Assembly (NCBI GenBank): GCA_047459655.1
Contig: JAJREF010000003.1
Span: 64,001 to 128,000, forward strand
Length of the DNA: 64,000 nt
Origin: Rhabdochlamydiaceae bacterium
GTDB taxonomy: Bacteria; Chlamydiota; Chlamydiia; Chlamydiales; Rhabdochlamydiaceae
Direction of reading: 5' to 3'
The position numbers were made by a program, and so were the translations under genes. The notes under the pieces were generated by a model that saw nothing but the letters and a program-made list of their open reading frames with translations, was not told the origin of the DNA and did no database searches. Below are positions 33,153 to 44,833 of the stretch, one piece after another (the stretch's first letter is position 1; the number at the start of each line of letters is the position of its first letter).

Positions 33153-33833
33153 ATGACAGCGAAAGAGCAGCAACCGAAGTTGCAGTTGATGGGAATAAAA
33201 GAGGGAATGACTCAACTCTTTGATAAAGAAGGGAATAAAGTTGTCTGTACTGTTATTCGTAGCGAAAAACACGTTATTTCTCAAGTCAAAGATAAGACAT
33301 CTGATGGGTATAATGCTGTTCAGCTCGCTGCCTTTAAGCCAACTCCTGCTAAATTAAAAAATGTGAAAAAACCGCAAGCCGGCCATTTCAAAAAATCGAA
33401 TCTCGAGCCTCGTTTGAAAACAGCTGAGTCGCGTGTAGAAGATCCATCCCAGTTTCAAGTCGGCCAGGAGATCGGTGTGGAATTTTTCCAAGACATTGCT
33501 TATGTCGATGTGATCGGTGTTTCAAAAGGGAAAGGATATCAGGGGGTTATTAAGCGCCACCATTTTGCTGGGGGCCCTGCCTCGCATGGTTCTGGATTTC
33601 ATCGCCACGGGGGATCATGCGGTATGCGCTCTTCTCCTGGCCGTTGCTTGCCTGGACAGAAGAAAGCGGGACGTATGGGAAGTGAGCAGGTAACAATGGA
33701 AAGCTTAAAAGTTGTAAAAATTGATGCAGAAAAGCAAGTGATCCTTGTTGAAGGAGCCGTACCGGGTGCGCGCGGTGGATTGCTCTTTATTGCACAAGCT
33801 AAGAAAAAATCTGTTGCAAAGAAAAAGAAATAA
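33153..33833 (+). CDS. rplC: 50S ribosomal protein L3
   Basis: G.K.GMTQ, DGYNAVQ, SKGKGYQGVIKRH.F.GGPASHGS. Confidence 0.97.
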   Translation: MTAKEQQPKLQLMGIKEGMTQLFDKEGNKVVCTVIRSEKHVISQVKDKTSDGYNAVQLAAFKPTPAKLKNVKKPQAGHFKKSNLEPRLKTAESRVEDPSQFQVGQEIGVEFFQDIAYVDVIGVSKGKGYQGVIKRHHFAGGPASHGSGFHRHGGSCGMRSSPGRCLPGQKKAGRMGSEQVTMESLKVVKIDAEKQVILVEGAVPGARGGLLFIAQAKKKSVAKKKK

Positions 33834-33846
33834 TCGGGAGTCATGA

Positions 33847-34488
33847 GTGGCAACGTTAAAAAAATATGATCTATCAGGAAAGGAAATCGGTGAAGTCATC
33901 GTTGAAGATACGCTTCTAACTAAGGAAGCTAACTCCCAGATGATTAAAGACTATTTAATCGCGATCCGTGCGAATGCTCGTCAGTGGAGCGCGCATACCA
34001 AGTCGCGCTCAGAAGTTTCCCACTCTGGACAAAAGCCTCATCCTCAAAAAGGAACGGGGAGAGCACGCCAAGGTTATTTGGGCGCTCCTCAGTATAAGGG
34101 TGGTGGTCGTGTAGGAACGCCGCGCGCAAAATTTGATCAGCACGTTTCTATTAACCAAAAAGAGAAAAGAGCAGCCGTTCGTTATTTGCTCTCAGAAAAA
34201 ATCCAAGGTAATCAATTATTCGTTTTAAAAAGTTCTGGCTTGAAAAAGCCTGCTACAAGAAAAGTCGTTGACTTCTTAGCTGGTCAGCAAATAGCAGGAA
34301 AAAGAGTCTTGTTTTTAGGTCTTACGTCTAAAGATGATGAAAATTTCATCAGAAGTATGCGCAATATTCCAAAAGCAGAGTTTATGTTGGTAGCAAATAC
34401 CAGTGGATATGATGTGGCTGTGACCTCAACGATCGTTGTTTTAGAGCCAGCAGTTGAAAAATTCTTAGAGATTCTAGGAGGGGTATAA
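33847..34488 (+). CDS. rplD: 50S ribosomal protein L4
   Basis: TKSRSEV..SG.KP..QKGTGRARQG. Confidence 0.97.
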   Translation: MATLKKYDLSGKEIGEVIVEDTLLTKEANSQMIKDYLIAIRANARQWSAHTKSRSEVSHSGQKPHPQKGTGRARQGYLGAPQYKGGGRVGTPRAKFDQHVSINQKEKRAAVRYLLSEKIQGNQLFVLKSSGLKKPATRKVVDFLAGQQIAGKRVLFLGLTSKDDENFIRSMRNIPKAEFMLVANTSGYDVAVTSTIVVLEPAVEKFLEILGGV

Positions 34489-34826
34489 TGTTAAAGAAAA
34501 ATCCTTACGACATTATTAAGTCGCGCCATATTACAGAAAAGTCTCGTGTATTGCAAAATCTCTACAAGAGTAGCAGTAATCGCTGTGTAAGAAAATGTGA
34601 AACGCCTAAATATGTGTTCCTTGTGGATACAAATGCGAATAAAAGAGAGATAGCTAAAGCTATCGAAGAGATTCACGCGGAAAAAAACATCAAAGTGATT
34701 TCCGTAAATACAATCAATGTTAAACCTAAACGCCGCACAGTGCGAGGACGTTCAGGCATGCGTAATGCCTTGAAAAAAGCTATCGTGACTCTGAAAGCCG
34801 GTGATTTTATCGAGGATAAGGTGTAA
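34488..34826 (+). CDS. rplW: 50S ribosomal protein L23
   Basis: ITEKS, ANK.EI..AIE, V..VNT.NV, KKAIVTL. Confidence 0.95.
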   Translation: MLKKNPYDIIKSRHITEKSRVLQNLYKSSSNRCVRKCETPKYVFLVDTNANKREIAKAIEEIHAEKNIKVISVNTINVKPKRRTVRGRSGMRNALKKAIVTLKAGDFIEDKV

Positions 34827-34829
34827 TTT

Positions 34830-35651
34830 ATGACGAAAGAATTTCGGCCGAGGACGCCTGGCCAAAGAGAGTTAATTCTAGAGAGTCATGCTACGTTAAC
34901 AAAGCATGTTAAGCCTGAAAAAACACTTCTGCATAAGAAAATGCGTACAAATGGACGCAATCACCATGGGCATATCACATGCCGTCATCGAGGTGGTGGG
35001 CATAAGAGATTTTACAGAGAGGTTGACTTCAAACGTGATAAAGAGGAAGTCCCTGCAAAAGTTGTTTCTATTGAATATGATCCTAACCGTACAGCGCACA
35101 TCGCTCTTTTACATTTTGTAGATGGAGAGAAGCGTTATATCTTGGCTCCAGAGGGTCTTCAAGTAGGCGCAACCGTTGTCACAACAAATAAAGAAGTCTA
35201 TGATGTTGGTTGTTCTATGCGCATGAAAACGATGCCTTTAGGATCTACCATTCATAACATTGAAATGTATCCAGGACGTGGAGGAAAGCTTGTGCGTTCT
35301 GCAGGTCTTTCAGCGCAGCTAATGGCAAAAAGTGATGGATATGTCACTTTAAAAATGCCTTCCGGAGAAGTCCGTATTATCAATGAAGATTGTCGAGCAA
35401 CTTTTGGAGTTGTCTCAAATGCAGAAAGAATTTTGCGTGTTGAAGGAAAAGCTGGTCGTACGCGTTGGAAAGGGTTTCGCCCGACTGTTCGAGGAACAGC
35501 GATGAACCCTGTTGACCATCCGCACGGAGGAGGCGAAGGTAAGCATAATGGATACCTCCCTCAGACTCCCTGGGCTATGTATACAAAAGGTTTCCGTACG
35601 CGCTGCAAGCGTAAGAGTAAGAAATGGATCATAAAAGATCGAAGAAAGTAA
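34830..35651 (+). CDS. rplB: 50S ribosomal protein L2
   Basis: [34 protein letters not shown]. Confidence 0.97.
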   Translation: MTKEFRPRTPGQRELILESHATLTKHVKPEKTLLHKKMRTNGRNHHGHITCRHRGGGHKRFYREVDFKRDKEEVPAKVVSIEYDPNRTAHIALLHFVDGEKRYILAPEGLQVGATVVTTNKEVYDVGCSMRMKTMPLGSTIHNIEMYPGRGGKLVRSAGLSAQLMAKSDGYVTLKMPSGEVRIINEDCRATFGVVSNAERILRVEGKAGRTRWKGFRPTVRGTAMNPVDHPHGGGEGKHNGYLPQTPWAMYTKGFRTRCKRKSKKWIIKDRRK

Positions 35652-35665
35652 GGATTTAAAGAGTT

Positions 35666-36001
35666 ATGGGTAGATCGTTAAGAAAAGGACCTTTTGTTGA
35701 GCATCACCTTCTTCAGAAAGTGAAGAAGCAAAATCTCGAAGGTACAAAAAAACCAATTAAGACATGGTCCCGCCGTTCTATGATTATTCCAGAAATGGTT
35801 GGACACGCATTTGAAGTGCATAACGGAAAAAAATTTATTGCTGTGTTCGTATCAGAAAACATGGTAGGTCACCGATTTGGAGAGTTTTCTCCTACTAGAG
35901 TTTTTAAAGGCCACGGTTCTAAGAAACTTCTTGAAGCCGCCGCCGCCGCCTCAGCAACACCTGCTGCCGCACCTGCCGCACAACCCCCTAAGAAGGATTA
36001 A
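35666..36001 (+). CDS. rpsS: 30S ribosomal protein S19 with Ala/Pro-rich C-terminal tail
   Basis: [31 protein letters not shown]. Confidence 0.97.
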   Translation: MGRSLRKGPFVEHHLLQKVKKQNLEGTKKPIKTWSRRSMIIPEMVGHAFEVHNGKKFIAVFVSENMVGHRFGEFSPTRVFKGHGSKKLLEAAAAASATPAAAPAAQPPKKD

Positions 36002-36007
36002 TCATCT

Positions 36008-36352
36008 ATGCAATTTGCTAGAGCACATACCAAATATTTACGGATCCCTCCTCGTAAGGCACGCCTAGCAGCGGACCTTATCCGAGGACTCAAAGTAGAG
36101 GATGCCCTTGTACAGCTTTCGTTTTCCCAATTGAAAGGGGGGCGCTTGCTCATTAAAACTTTACATAGCGCCGTTGCAAATGCTGAAACGCAACTCAATA
36201 TCCCTCGCCAAAATTTACGTGTTAAAGAGGTGAGAGTCGATGCAGGTCCGGTTCTAAAACGAGCTAAAGCTAAATCTCGTGGTGGACGCGTGCCAGTTAT
36301 GAAAAGAACAAGTCATTTTACTGTTATTGTTGAAGAACAGGAAGGAAATTAA
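36008..36352 (+). CDS. rplV: 50S ribosomal protein L22
   Basis: PRKARL.ADLIRG, SAVANAE, KRTSH.TV. Confidence 0.97.
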   Translation: MQFARAHTKYLRIPPRKARLAADLIRGLKVEDALVQLSFSQLKGGRLLIKTLHSAVANAETQLNIPRQNLRVKEVRVDAGPVLKRAKAKSRGGRVPVMKRTSHFTVIVEEQEGN

Positions 36353-36981
36353 TGGGACAAAAGACATCGCCAACAGGCTTTAGATTAATTATCAATAAAA
36401 AATGGAAATCTCTCTGGTATGCCAACAAGCAAGAATTTGGCAATCAAGTAGGAGAAGACAAGCAAATCCGTGATTTTTTAATGTCAAAACCTGCCTGTTC
36501 AGGAACTTCTTGCCTGACTATTAAGAGAATGAGTGGAAAAATCGAAGTTACCATTCATACAGCAAGGCCAGGTCTTGTTATTGGGAAAAAAGGCGCTGAA
36601 ATTGATGTTCTCAAGCAAGAACTAAAAAAATTAACCGGTAAAGATATTTGGGTTGAAGTTGAAGAAATTAAACGCCCTGACCTCGATGCAAAATTAGTAG
36701 CCGACGGGATTGCAAAACAGCTAGAGAGAAGAATGCCTTTTCGAAGAGTGATGAAAAAAGCACTTCTTTCCTCAATGGATGCAGGAGCTGCAGGAATAAA
36801 AGTGTCAATCTCTGGCCGTGTAGGTGGTGCAGAAATTGCTCGTACCGAATGGTACAAAGAGGGTAGAGTTCCTCTTCATACAATGAGAGCCGATATTGAT
36901 TATGGAATGGGAAGAGCTGAGACCACATATGGTTCTATCGGCGTGAAAGTATGGATTAATAAAGGTGAAGAAGGAGCTTAA
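36352..36981 (+). CDS. rpsC: 30S ribosomal protein S3
   Basis: MGQK..P.GFRL, RPGLVIGKKG, GAEIARTE, GRVPLHT.RADIDY. Confidence 0.97.
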   Translation: MGQKTSPTGFRLIINKKWKSLWYANKQEFGNQVGEDKQIRDFLMSKPACSGTSCLTIKRMSGKIEVTIHTARPGLVIGKKGAEIDVLKQELKKLTGKDIWVEVEEIKRPDLDAKLVADGIAKQLERRMPFRRVMKKALLSSMDAGAAGIKVSISGRVGGAEIARTEWYKEGRVPLHTMRADIDYGMGRAETTYGSIGVKVWINKGEEGA

Positions 36982-36984
36982 GTT

Positions 36985-37405
36985 ATGGCCTTGATGCCTG
37001 TGAGAACAAAGTTTCGAAAAATGCGTAAAGGCCACAAGACTGGCCTAACGAAAGCTGCGGCTTTTATCGATTTCGGTGAGTTTGGCATGCAAGCCCTAGA
37101 AAGGGGTGCTATCACCAATCACCAGATTGAAGCTTGCCGCGTGGCCATTACACGTTATTTTAACCGACGTGGCCAGGTTTGGATTCGCATATTTCCTGAT
37201 AAAGTCGTGACAAAGAAGCCTGCTGAAACACGCATGGGAAAAGGAAAAGGACATCCTGATCATTGGGTAGCTGTTATCAGACCAGGAAGAGTATTATTTG
37301 AAGTGGGTGGAGTTCCTGAAAGAGCTTGCTCAAAATGCTCTTAGAAGAGCAGCCGCAAAACTGGGGATTAAAACCAGGTTTGTTGAAAGATTAGAGAGGG
37401 TTTAA
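36985..37405 (+). CDS. rplP: 50S ribosomal protein L16; frameshift ~37320
   Basis: [28 protein letters not shown]. Confidence 0.95.
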
Positions 37406-37407
37406 TC

Positions 37408-37600
37408 ATGCTAAAAGCAAAAGAATTAAAAGAGCAGTCTGTCGAAGAGCTAACAGCGCTTTATGGCAATCTCTAAAGAGATTTATGGACTTAAAAATGA
37501 GTTAAAGACAGCACGTAAGCTAGAAAAGCCGCATCTTCTTCGTGAAAAGAAGCGCAATAGAGCCCGCGTGATGACTGTATTACGACAAAAGGAAGATTAA
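37408..37600 (+). CDS. rpmC: 50S ribosomal protein L29; indel ~37473; not in ORF track
   Basis: MLKAKELKEQSVEEL ... LEKPHLLREKKRNRARVMTVL read from DNA between rplP and rpsQ. Confidence 0.88.
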
Positions 37601-37604
37601 TATT

Positions 37605-37858
37605 ATGGAAAACAAAGAAAGAAGCAGTCGTAAAATAAAAGAAGGCGTTGTTGTTTCTAATAAGATGCAAAAAACCGTTTCTGTCCGTGTCGAAAGAACA
37701 TTACGACACCCACACTTTGACAAAGTTATTCGAAGTGCAAAAAATATTATGCACACGTCGAAGATCTCGATCTTCAAGTGGGACAAAAAGTGCGCATCAT
37801 GGAAACAAGACCTTTGTCTAAACTAAAGCGTTGGCGTGTTGTTGAGGTGGTATCATGA
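37605..37858 (+). CDS. rpsQ: 30S ribosomal protein S17; frameshift in A run ~37742
   Basis: [15 protein letters not shown]...[14 protein letters not shown] in the shifted frame. Confidence 0.93.
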
Positions 37859-38223
37859 TTCAACAAGAAACAGAACTAGAAGTAGCGGATAATACAGGTG
37901 CTAAAAGAGTTAAGTGCTTCAAAGTGTTAAAAGGCTCTAAGCGTCGTTATGCGAATGTAGGTGATATCATTATTTGCAGCGTAAAAGAAGCAGATCCAAA
38001 AGGTGCTGTGAAGAAGGGTGATGTCGTTAGAGCAGTTATCGTTCGTACAAAGAGTTATATCCGTAGAGCTGATGGATCTATGCTTCGCTTTTATGATAAT
38101 AGCTGCGTTATTTTGGATGAGAAAGATAATCCAAGAGGAACTCGAATTTTTGGACCTGTCGCAAGAGAAGTTCGCGATGGTGGTTTTGTAAAAATCAGTT
38201 CCCTTGCACCTGAGGTAATTTAA
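37855..38223 (+). CDS. rplN: 50S ribosomal protein L14
   Basis: [32 protein letters not shown]. Confidence 0.97.
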   Translation: MIQQETELEVADNTGAKRVKCFKVLKGSKRRYANVGDIIICSVKEADPKGAVKKGDVVRAVIVRTKSYIRRADGSMLRFYDNSCVILDEKDNPRGTRIFGPVAREVRDGGFVKISSLAPEVI

Positions 38224-38224
38224 G

Positions 38225-38557
38225 ATGAGCAAGTGGATGAAAAAAGGCGATAAAGTTGTAGTAGTCGCAGGAAATGAAAAAGGTAGAACAGGTGTTGTAT
38301 TGCGCAAGAAGGATGACCGAGTTGTTATTCAGGGCGTTAATATTCATAAGAAACACGCTCGTAGGACCGAAAAAGCACAAAGACCTACGATCTTGGAAAT
38401 TGAAGTGCCTATTCATGTTTCTAATGTAAGACTATGCGATGACCAAGACAAACCTGTAAAGGTGAAATCAAGGGTTATCAAAGGTGGAGAGAAAGAGCTC
38501 TACTACCTAAAAGGTAAGAATGAAGTTGTACTTCGTTCAGTTCGGAAAACTAGTTAA
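38225..38557 (+). CDS. rplX: 50S ribosomal protein L24
   Basis: [20 protein letters not shown]. Confidence 0.95.
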   Translation: MSKWMKKGDKVVVVAGNEKGRTGVVLRKKDDRVVIQGVNIHKKHARRTEKAQRPTILEIEVPIHVSNVRLCDDQDKPVKVKSRVIKGGEKELYYLKGKNEVVLRSVRKTS

Positions 38558-38568
38558 AGGAAAATGGT

Positions 38569-39159
38569 ATGGCCAGAATGTTAAAACGGTATCGCGAGGA
38601 AGTTAAGCCAGCTCTTATGGAGAAATTCGGTTATGTAAATCCGATGCTAATTCCTGAATTGAAAAAAATTGTCATTAGCATGGGGCTTGCTGAGGCTATC
38701 AAGGACAAAAATGCTGTCCAAGATTGCCAAAAAGAGCTAGCTTTGCTCTCTGGGCAAAAACCTATCGTGACCAAGACAAAAAAAGCGATTGCAAATTTTA
38801 AATCACGTAAAGATCAAGTGATTGGTCTTAAAGTGACATTGCGTCGTCAAAGAATGTACGATTTTTTAGATCGTTTTTGTAATGTCGTCTCTCCCCGTAT
38901 TAAAGATTTTAGGGGATTTCCTCTAAAAGCTGATGGAAGAGGGTCGTATTCAATAGGTTTAGGAGATCAGCAAGTATTTCCAGAGATTAACTTAGACAAT
39001 GTAAAGAGAACGCAAGGTATGAATATTACATTTGTAACCTCTGCTTGCACAGACGCAGAATGTGTCGAGCTATTGAAGCTGTTAGGCTTCCCATTTAAAC
39101 ATCCAGAAAAAAGTAGGCGGTCCTCATGGCTCAAAATGATACAATTGCAGATTTATTGA
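38569..39159 (+). CDS. rplE: 50S ribosomal protein L5; 3' end may be extended by an indel
   Basis: KIVISMG, GQKP..T...KAIANFK.R, KVTLR...[14 protein letters not shown]. Confidence 0.95.
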   Translation: MARMLKRYREEVKPALMEKFGYVNPMLIPELKKIVISMGLAEAIKDKNAVQDCQKELALLSGQKPIVTKTKKAIANFKSRKDQVIGLKVTLRRQRMYDFLDRFCNVVSPRIKDFRGFPLKADGRGSYSIGLGDQQVFPEINLDNVKRTQGMNITFVTSACTDAECVELLKLLGFPFKHPEKSRRSSWLKMIQLQIY

Positions 39160-39518
39160 CAAGATTACGCAATGGAGTGATGGCGCGTCGTCGTTTTGTT
39201 GATGTCTACCTAAGTAAAGTAAAACTTAATATTATTAAAGTCCTTGAAAGTCAAGGGTATCTCGAGCGTGTTCTCGTAGATAATGAAAAAGGAAAAGTAC
39301 GTATCTTTTTGAAGTATACGCAAGATAGAGAGCCTGTATTACAAGGCTTGAAGCGTATCTCTTCTCCAGGACTACGTCGTTATACACCAGTGGATAAAAT
39401 CCCAAGAATTCAAGGGGGAATGGGAACTGTCATTCTTTCAACTTCCAAAGGAATTATCGATGGTGAAACAGCGCGCAAAGAGAAGCTCGGCGGCGAATTT
39501 TTATGTTGTGTATGGTGA
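39126..39518 (+). CDS. rpsH: 30S ribosomal protein S8
   Basis: [31 protein letters not shown]. Confidence 0.97.
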   Translation: MAQNDTIADLLTRLRNGVMARRRFVDVYLSKVKLNIIKVLESQGYLERVLVDNEKGKVRIFLKYTQDREPVLQGLKRISSPGLRRYTPVDKIPRIQGGMGTVILSTSKGIIDGETARKEKLGGEFLCCVW

Positions 39519-39529
39519 GGTAAATATTT

Positions 39530-40084
39530 ATGTCACGATTATCGAAAATGCCTATTTCTATCCCAAAAGGAGTTGAAATTAAAGTAGAAGCAAATAAAGT
39601 GCATGTGAAAGGTCCTAAGGGGACTTTAAGTCATCCTTTAGTAAAGGGGATTTCTATTAAAGTGGAAGCAGGATTTGCGCATATTGAGCGCGATGAAAAA
39701 GTCGAAATGCCAAAACCGACAGAAGGTTTATATCGAGCCACTCTTAACAATATGGTAATTGGTGTTTCTCAAGGATTTGAAAAACGGCTATCTATGATAG
39801 GCGTTGGATATAGAGCTGCTCTTCAAGGAACCTTACTTGATCTCCAAGTAGGAAATTCCCATCCAACTAAACTAGCCATCCCTAAAGATGTGCAAGTAAC
39901 AGTGGATAAGAGCGTAAATATTGTAATCACTGGAACAAGTAAGCAATTAGTCGGACAAGTGGCCGCCACAATACGAGCTGTTAAACCACCAGAACCCTAT
40001 AAAGGTAAAGGCATTCGTTATGAAGGCGAGTACGTTCGCAAAAAAGCTGGTAAAGCAGCTAAAGCAAAAACAGCAGCTGGATAA
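39530..40084 (+). CDS. rplF: 50S ribosomal protein L6
   Basis: KGPKG.L, GVGYRA, PEPYKGKGIRY. Confidence 0.97.
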   Translation: MSRLSKMPISIPKGVEIKVEANKVHVKGPKGTLSHPLVKGISIKVEAGFAHIERDEKVEMPKPTEGLYRATLNNMVIGVSQGFEKRLSMIGVGYRAALQGTLLDLQVGNSHPTKLAIPKDVQVTVDKSVNIVITGTSKQLVGQVAATIRAVKPPEPYKGKGIRYEGEYVRKKAGKAAKAKTAAG

Positions 40085-40094
40085 AAAATAAATT

Positions 40095-40462
40095 ATGGAA
40101 AGTTCATTAATTAATAAGACTCGCAAAGAATCAACAGAGCCATCCGTGTTCGTAAGCATCTGCGTGGAACAGCGGAGAAGCCTCGTCTTTCTGTGATGAA
40201 ATCAAATCAACATATAGCAGTGCAGATTATTGACGATGAGCAAGCGATTACGCTTGCTAGCGCTAGCACCCTAATGAAAGAGTTGCGCATGAAGAAGCTC
40301 GGTAGGACAAAAGAAGCTGCCAAACAAATAGGGGCAAAAATTGCAGAGCTTGCAAAGGCTAAAAATATTACGACCGTTGTTTTTGACAGAGGTCACAATA
40401 AATTTCATGGGTTAATTGCGGAGCTTGCCAATGCTGCTCGTGCGAATGGATTACAATTTTAG
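40095..40462 (+). CDS. rplR: 50S ribosomal protein L18; frameshift ~40130
   Basis: R.RK.LRGT.EKPRLSV.KSN.HI..Q.IDD, VFDRG...FHG. Confidence 0.93.
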
Positions 40463-40465
40463 AGG

Positions 40466-40972
40466 ATGTCAATGAAACAAAAAAATCGGCGCCAACGCCA
40501 AGAAGAAATTGGAACGGAATTTGAAGAGAAAGTTCTCTACATCAACCGATGCTCCAAAGTTGTTAAAGGGGGACGAAAGTTCAGTTTCTCTGCCCTCATT
40601 ATTGTGGGAGATGGACAAGGACATATAGGTTTCGGGTTTGCTAAAGCTAATGAAGTCTCTGATGCTATTCGTAAAGGAAGTGAAGCGGCTCGTAAAAATG
40701 TGATGACATTTGAGATGGAAGGAACAACTATCCCTCACGAAGTAGTTGTCGATTGGGATGGATCAACCGTTCTTTTGAAACCAGCCAAAGTTGGAACAGG
40801 TGTAATTGCAGGCTCTAAGGTGCGAGCGATTCTTGAACTCGGTGGTGTAAAAGATGTGGTAGCTAAACTTTTTGGTTCTAATAACCCATTGAATCAAGCT
40901 AGAGCGACATTAAGAGCTCTTGCTGCATTAAAAAACCGTCAAAAGATTTTAAACGCTAGAGGGTTATCATGA
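40466..40972 (+). CDS. rpsE: 30S ribosomal protein S5
   Basis: INR.SKVVKGGRKFSF.AL, GTGVIAG, GSNNP.N. Confidence 0.97.
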   Translation: MSMKQKNRRQRQEEIGTEFEEKVLYINRCSKVVKGGRKFSFSALIIVGDGQGHIGFGFAKANEVSDAIRKGSEAARKNVMTFEMEGTTIPHEVVVDWDGSTVLLKPAKVGTGVIAGSKVRAILELGGVKDVVAKLFGSNNPLNQARATLRALAALKNRQKILNARGLS

Positions 40973-41437
40973 TTTTATTGTCTAATCTAACAAATACACA
41001 TAGACCTAAGAAAAAGGTTCAGCGCGTAGGTCGCGGAGTTGGTTCCAGAAGAGGAAAGACTTGCTGCCGTGGTTCCAAAGGAGATGCATCTCGTCGTGGC
41101 TGACAAACAACCCTTTGGATATGAAGGTGGACAACTTCCTCTTTATAGAAAATTACCAATCCGTGGATTTGCCAATGGTAAATTTACAAGCGATGTATAT
41201 GCTATTAACCTCTCTTTAATTGAGCAGCTATATACCGATGGAGAGACAGTTAATCTTAAAACACTCCGAGAAAAAGGGTATGCTCCTAGGGCTCCTGGTG
41301 GTGGATTAAAAATTCTATCCCGTGGTGAAGTCACTAAGAAAGTAACGGTTGAAGCGCATGCTTTTTCCAAAGAAGCCTTAGCGAAGCTTGAGAAAGCCAA
41401 GATTGCTATTAAGCAAATTTCTAAAACTGTTTCTTAA
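40969..41437 (+). CDS. rplO: 50S ribosomal protein L15; frameshift ~41100
   Basis: RVGRGVGS.RGKT..RG.KG read from DNA, then GYEGGQLPLYRKLP.RGF. Confidence 0.93.
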
Positions 41438-41452
41438 TCAAGTAAGAAAGCC

Positions 41453-42826
41453 ATGATTGAAGGAGTAAGACGCATCTTCTCTGTCCCTGAATTAAGGGTA
41501 AAGATTTTCTTTACACTCATTCTGCTCATGGTCTGTCGTATTGGCTCGCACATCCCCGTTCCAGGTATTAATGGAGATCTCGCTCTTCAAATTTTTCGAT
41601 CTTCTACTGGAGGATCGCAAAATCTTTTTCAGTTGATGGATATTTTTTCCGGAGGAGCTTTTGCACAGATGACGATTGTAGCGCTGGGAGTCATGCCCTA
41701 CATCACTTCCTCTATCGTCATGCAACTGGTTACAGCCCTGTCTCCCTCTTTTCAGAGAGAGCTCAAAGAAACACCTGATATTGGCAAAAGGAAAATGGGT
41801 AAGTGGACACGGATTTTGACAGTTGGTGTTGCCTTTTTTCAAGCTGCACTTTTTGCAAAGTATGCTATCCAAATGAATGCCGGTGCTCCTGGCATCATTG
41901 TTCCTGAGTTAATAGAGATGCAGCTTTTCGGCATCCCTTGCCTATTTTTCCTGATCGTCATGTGTACGATGACAGCAGGGACCATGCTTCTCATGTGGAT
42001 TGGAGAGCAAATTTCTGAAAAAGGGATTGGAAATGGAGTCAGTTTGATCATTACCATCGGCATATTATCTTCTCTCCCTACTACCCTTGGCTCTATTTTA
42101 CGCCAGCTGAACCTAGATTCACAAGAACCTGCCCAGCTAACTTTCTCATCTCTACTTGTCCTTAGTATTGTCTTTGTTATGATCATTGTAGGAACTATTT
42201 TAATCATTCAAGGGCAAAGACGTATTCCTTTGGAATACGCAAGGAGGGGTGTTGGAAAAGAAACGAGTCAGGCCAGGAACGCTTATATTCCTTTAAAAAT
42301 TAACTATGCAGGCGTTATTCCCGTGATTTTCGCTTCCTCCTTACTCATGTTCCCGGCCACAATAGCGCAATTTGTAGGAAGGGGTAATTGGATAGGGCAG
42401 TTTGCCAGCATGCTCACGCCTGGCAACTGGGTATATACTTTTTTTTACGTGCTCTTGATTGTATTTTTTACATACTTTTGGACCGCAACCCAATTCCATC
42501 CTGAGCAGATAGCCTCCGATATGAAGAAGAACGGGGCATTTATCCCCGGTATACGCCAGGGCAAACCTACACAAGATTATTTAGAAGGGACAATGAATCG
42601 CATCACATTTGCAGGTGCCATTTTTTTATCCCTGATCGCAATACTACCGATGCTAGTTGGTAAGGTTTTAGGCGTCGATTCTACCATCAGCCAATTTTTT
42701 GGGGGTACTTCCCTGCTTATTTTAGTGGGTGTGGTGTTAGATACGACAAAACAAATTGAATCTCATCTACTGATGAAAAAATATGATGGATTTATGAAGC
42801 GTGGATCTCTAAGAGGTCGTACGTAG
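41453..42826 (+). CDS. secY: Preprotein translocase SecY
   Basis: IPVPG, ALG.MPYIT.SI, W.GEQI...GIGNG.SL, AGVIPVIFAS, FIPGIR.G. Confidence 0.97.
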   Translation: MIEGVRRIFSVPELRVKIFFTLILLMVCRIGSHIPVPGINGDLALQIFRSSTGGSQNLFQLMDIFSGGAFAQMTIVALGVMPYITSSIVMQLVTALSPSFQRELKETPDIGKRKMGKWTRILTVGVAFFQAALFAKYAIQMNAGAPGIIVPELIEMQLFGIPCLFFLIVMCTMTAGTMLLMWIGEQISEKGIGNGVSLIITIGILSSLPTTLGSILRQLNLDSQEPAQLTFSSLLVLSIVFVMIIVGTILIIQGQRRIPLEYARRGVGKETSQARNAYIPLKINYAGVIPVIFASSLLMFPATIAQFVGRGNWIGQFASMLTPGNWVYTFFYVLLIVFFTYFWTATQFHPEQIASDMKKNGAFIPGIRQGKPTQDYLEGTMNRITFAGAIFLSLIAILPMLVGKVLGVDSTISQFFGGTSLLILVGVVLDTTKQIESHLLMKKYDGFMKRGSLRGRT

Positions 42827-42915
42827 TAAGGGGATTGCATATCTCTAACGAAAAGAATTGTAATAAAAACGGTCTCTTGATAGACTGTTATGACATTTAA
42901 AAAAGGATTTTACAC

Positions 42916-43284
42916 ATGGCTCGAGTGCTTGGGATAGACCTCCCTTCTAATAAAAGATTGGAAATTGCCTTAACCTATCTCTATGGGATAGGTAGAAGGC
43001 TATCTAATCAAGTGATTGCTAAACTGAATTTAGATCCAAATATGCGCGCTAGTCGTCTTACAGAAGAAGACGTAGCCCGATTGAATGCTCTTCTTCAATC
43101 ACAATATGTTGTGGAAGGGGACTTACGACGTCAAGTACAGAACAATATTAAGCGATTGATCAGCATCCACTCTTATAGAGGCATGCGTCACCGTTTAGGA
43201 CTACCCGTTCGTGGACAAAGAACTCGAACGAATGCTAGAACGCGTAAAGGCAAGAGAAAAACCGTAGCTAACAAGAAGAAATAA
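42916..43284 (+). CDS. rpsM: 30S ribosomal protein S13
   Basis: [31 protein letters not shown]. Confidence 0.97.
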   Translation: MARVLGIDLPSNKRLEIALTYLYGIGRRLSNQVIAKLNLDPNMRASRLTEEDVARLNALLQSQYVVEGDLRRQVQNNIKRLISIHSYRGMRHRLGLPVRGQRTRTNARTRKGKRKTVANKKK

Positions 43285-43287
43285 ACA

Positions 43288-43710
43288 ATGAAAGAGACGA
43301 AGAAAGACGCAAAAGCTGACATGAAGAAACCAATTGTTAAGGTTCGTAAAAAAGTACACCGCAATGTACCTAGTGGTGTAGCGCATGTACGAGCGACCTT
43401 TAACAATACGATCATTGCAATCACAGACCTTTCTGGAAACGTTATTTCGTGGGCGTCTGCTGGTAAAGTAGGGTATGCAGGTTCACGTAAATCTTCAGCA
43501 TTCGCTGCGACAGTCGCCGCACAAGATGCTGCAAAAGTTGCCATGTCATTAGGCATGAAGGAAATAGAAGTGAATCTAAAAGGCCCCGGAGCTGGTAGAG
43601 AATCAGCGATCCGCGGTTTGCAGAGCTCAGGGTTAAGTATTACTATTATTCGAGATAAAACACCTGTGCCTCATAACGGTTGCCGTCCACGTAAGAGACG
43701 TCGTGTTTAA
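43288..43710 (+). CDS. rpsK: 30S ribosomal protein S11
   Basis: [29 protein letters not shown]. Confidence 0.97.
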   Translation: MKETKKDAKADMKKPIVKVRKKVHRNVPSGVAHVRATFNNTIIAITDLSGNVISWASAGKVGYAGSRKSSAFAATVAAQDAAKVAMSLGMKEIEVNLKGPGAGRESAIRGLQSSGLSITIIRDKTPVPHNGCRPRKRRRV

Positions 43711-43734
43711 AAGTTAATTGATTAGGAGAAAGAC

Positions 43735-44833
43735 ATGGCAGTAAAGTATGGCAAATTTGAGTTGCCGAGTAAAATCAAAGTCGATGAAGTCAACAGAAAG
43801 AATAATTTCTGTCGCTTTATTGCAGAAGCCTTTGAACGTGGTTTTGGGCATACACTTGGAAATGCATTAAGACGTATTATGTTAACATCAATGGAAGCCC
43901 CTGCAATTATTTCAGTGCGTATAGAGGGTGTTCCTCATGAATATACAGCCATCGAAGGGATTGTTGAGGACATGACATACATCATCCTTAACTTAAAAGG
44001 AGCCCTTTTAAGAAAATTACCAACAGAAGAGGAAGGGATTTCTCGCGAGCCTAAAACAATTACAAAAATGCTCGATATCACAGGGGATCTTCTTGATAAG
44101 AATGGAGGACAGTACCCAGTTACCCTTAAAGACTTAATCAGCCCTGCTGATTTTGATGTTGTTAATCCAGACCTTTTGATCTTCACGGTCACAAAACCGA
44201 TGATGAAGAGAATCGACTTAAAGGTAGCGTTTGGAAGAGGGTACATGCCTTCAGAACGCCATGATATCAAAGATAAAGTCGTTGATGAAATTATCATAGA
44301 CTCAGCATTTTCTCCTGTAAGAACTGTTAATTACTTTATTGAGAATACACGTGTTGGTGAAGATACAGACTTTGATCGCTTAATTTTTGGAAGTGACGAC
44401 AGATGGTCGTATCACTCCTGAGGAAGCATTAACATTCGCTACGCAAATCGGGATATTGCACTTCCAAATTTTTGATGAGATTGCTTTGCATAAGCTTTCT
44501 TTTGATCAAGGTGAAGTGGAATCAAATTCAGATAAAGATGCTGTCATGCAAAAACTAGCTCTTAAGATCAACGAAATTGAGCTTTCTGTTAGATCGACAA
44601 ACTGTCTTTCAGGTGCTAGTATCGAAACAATCGCAGAGCTTGTCATCATGCCAGAGCCTGAAATGTTGAAGTTTCGTAACTTCGGCAAAAAATCTCTTAA
44701 TGAAATCAAAGCAAAATTAGAAGAGATGGGTTTGTCTTTAGGGATGGATTTATCTCGTTTTGGCATCACAAGAGACAATGTTAAAGAAGTGATCACTGAA
44801 TATCTTTCTCAAAAAGCAGGTACCGAAGTATGA
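43735..44833 (+). CDS. rpoA: RNA polymerase alpha subunit; frameshift in T run ~44385
   Basis: [28 protein letters not shown], alphaCTD ELSVRS.NCL and [10 protein letters not shown]. Confidence 0.96.
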
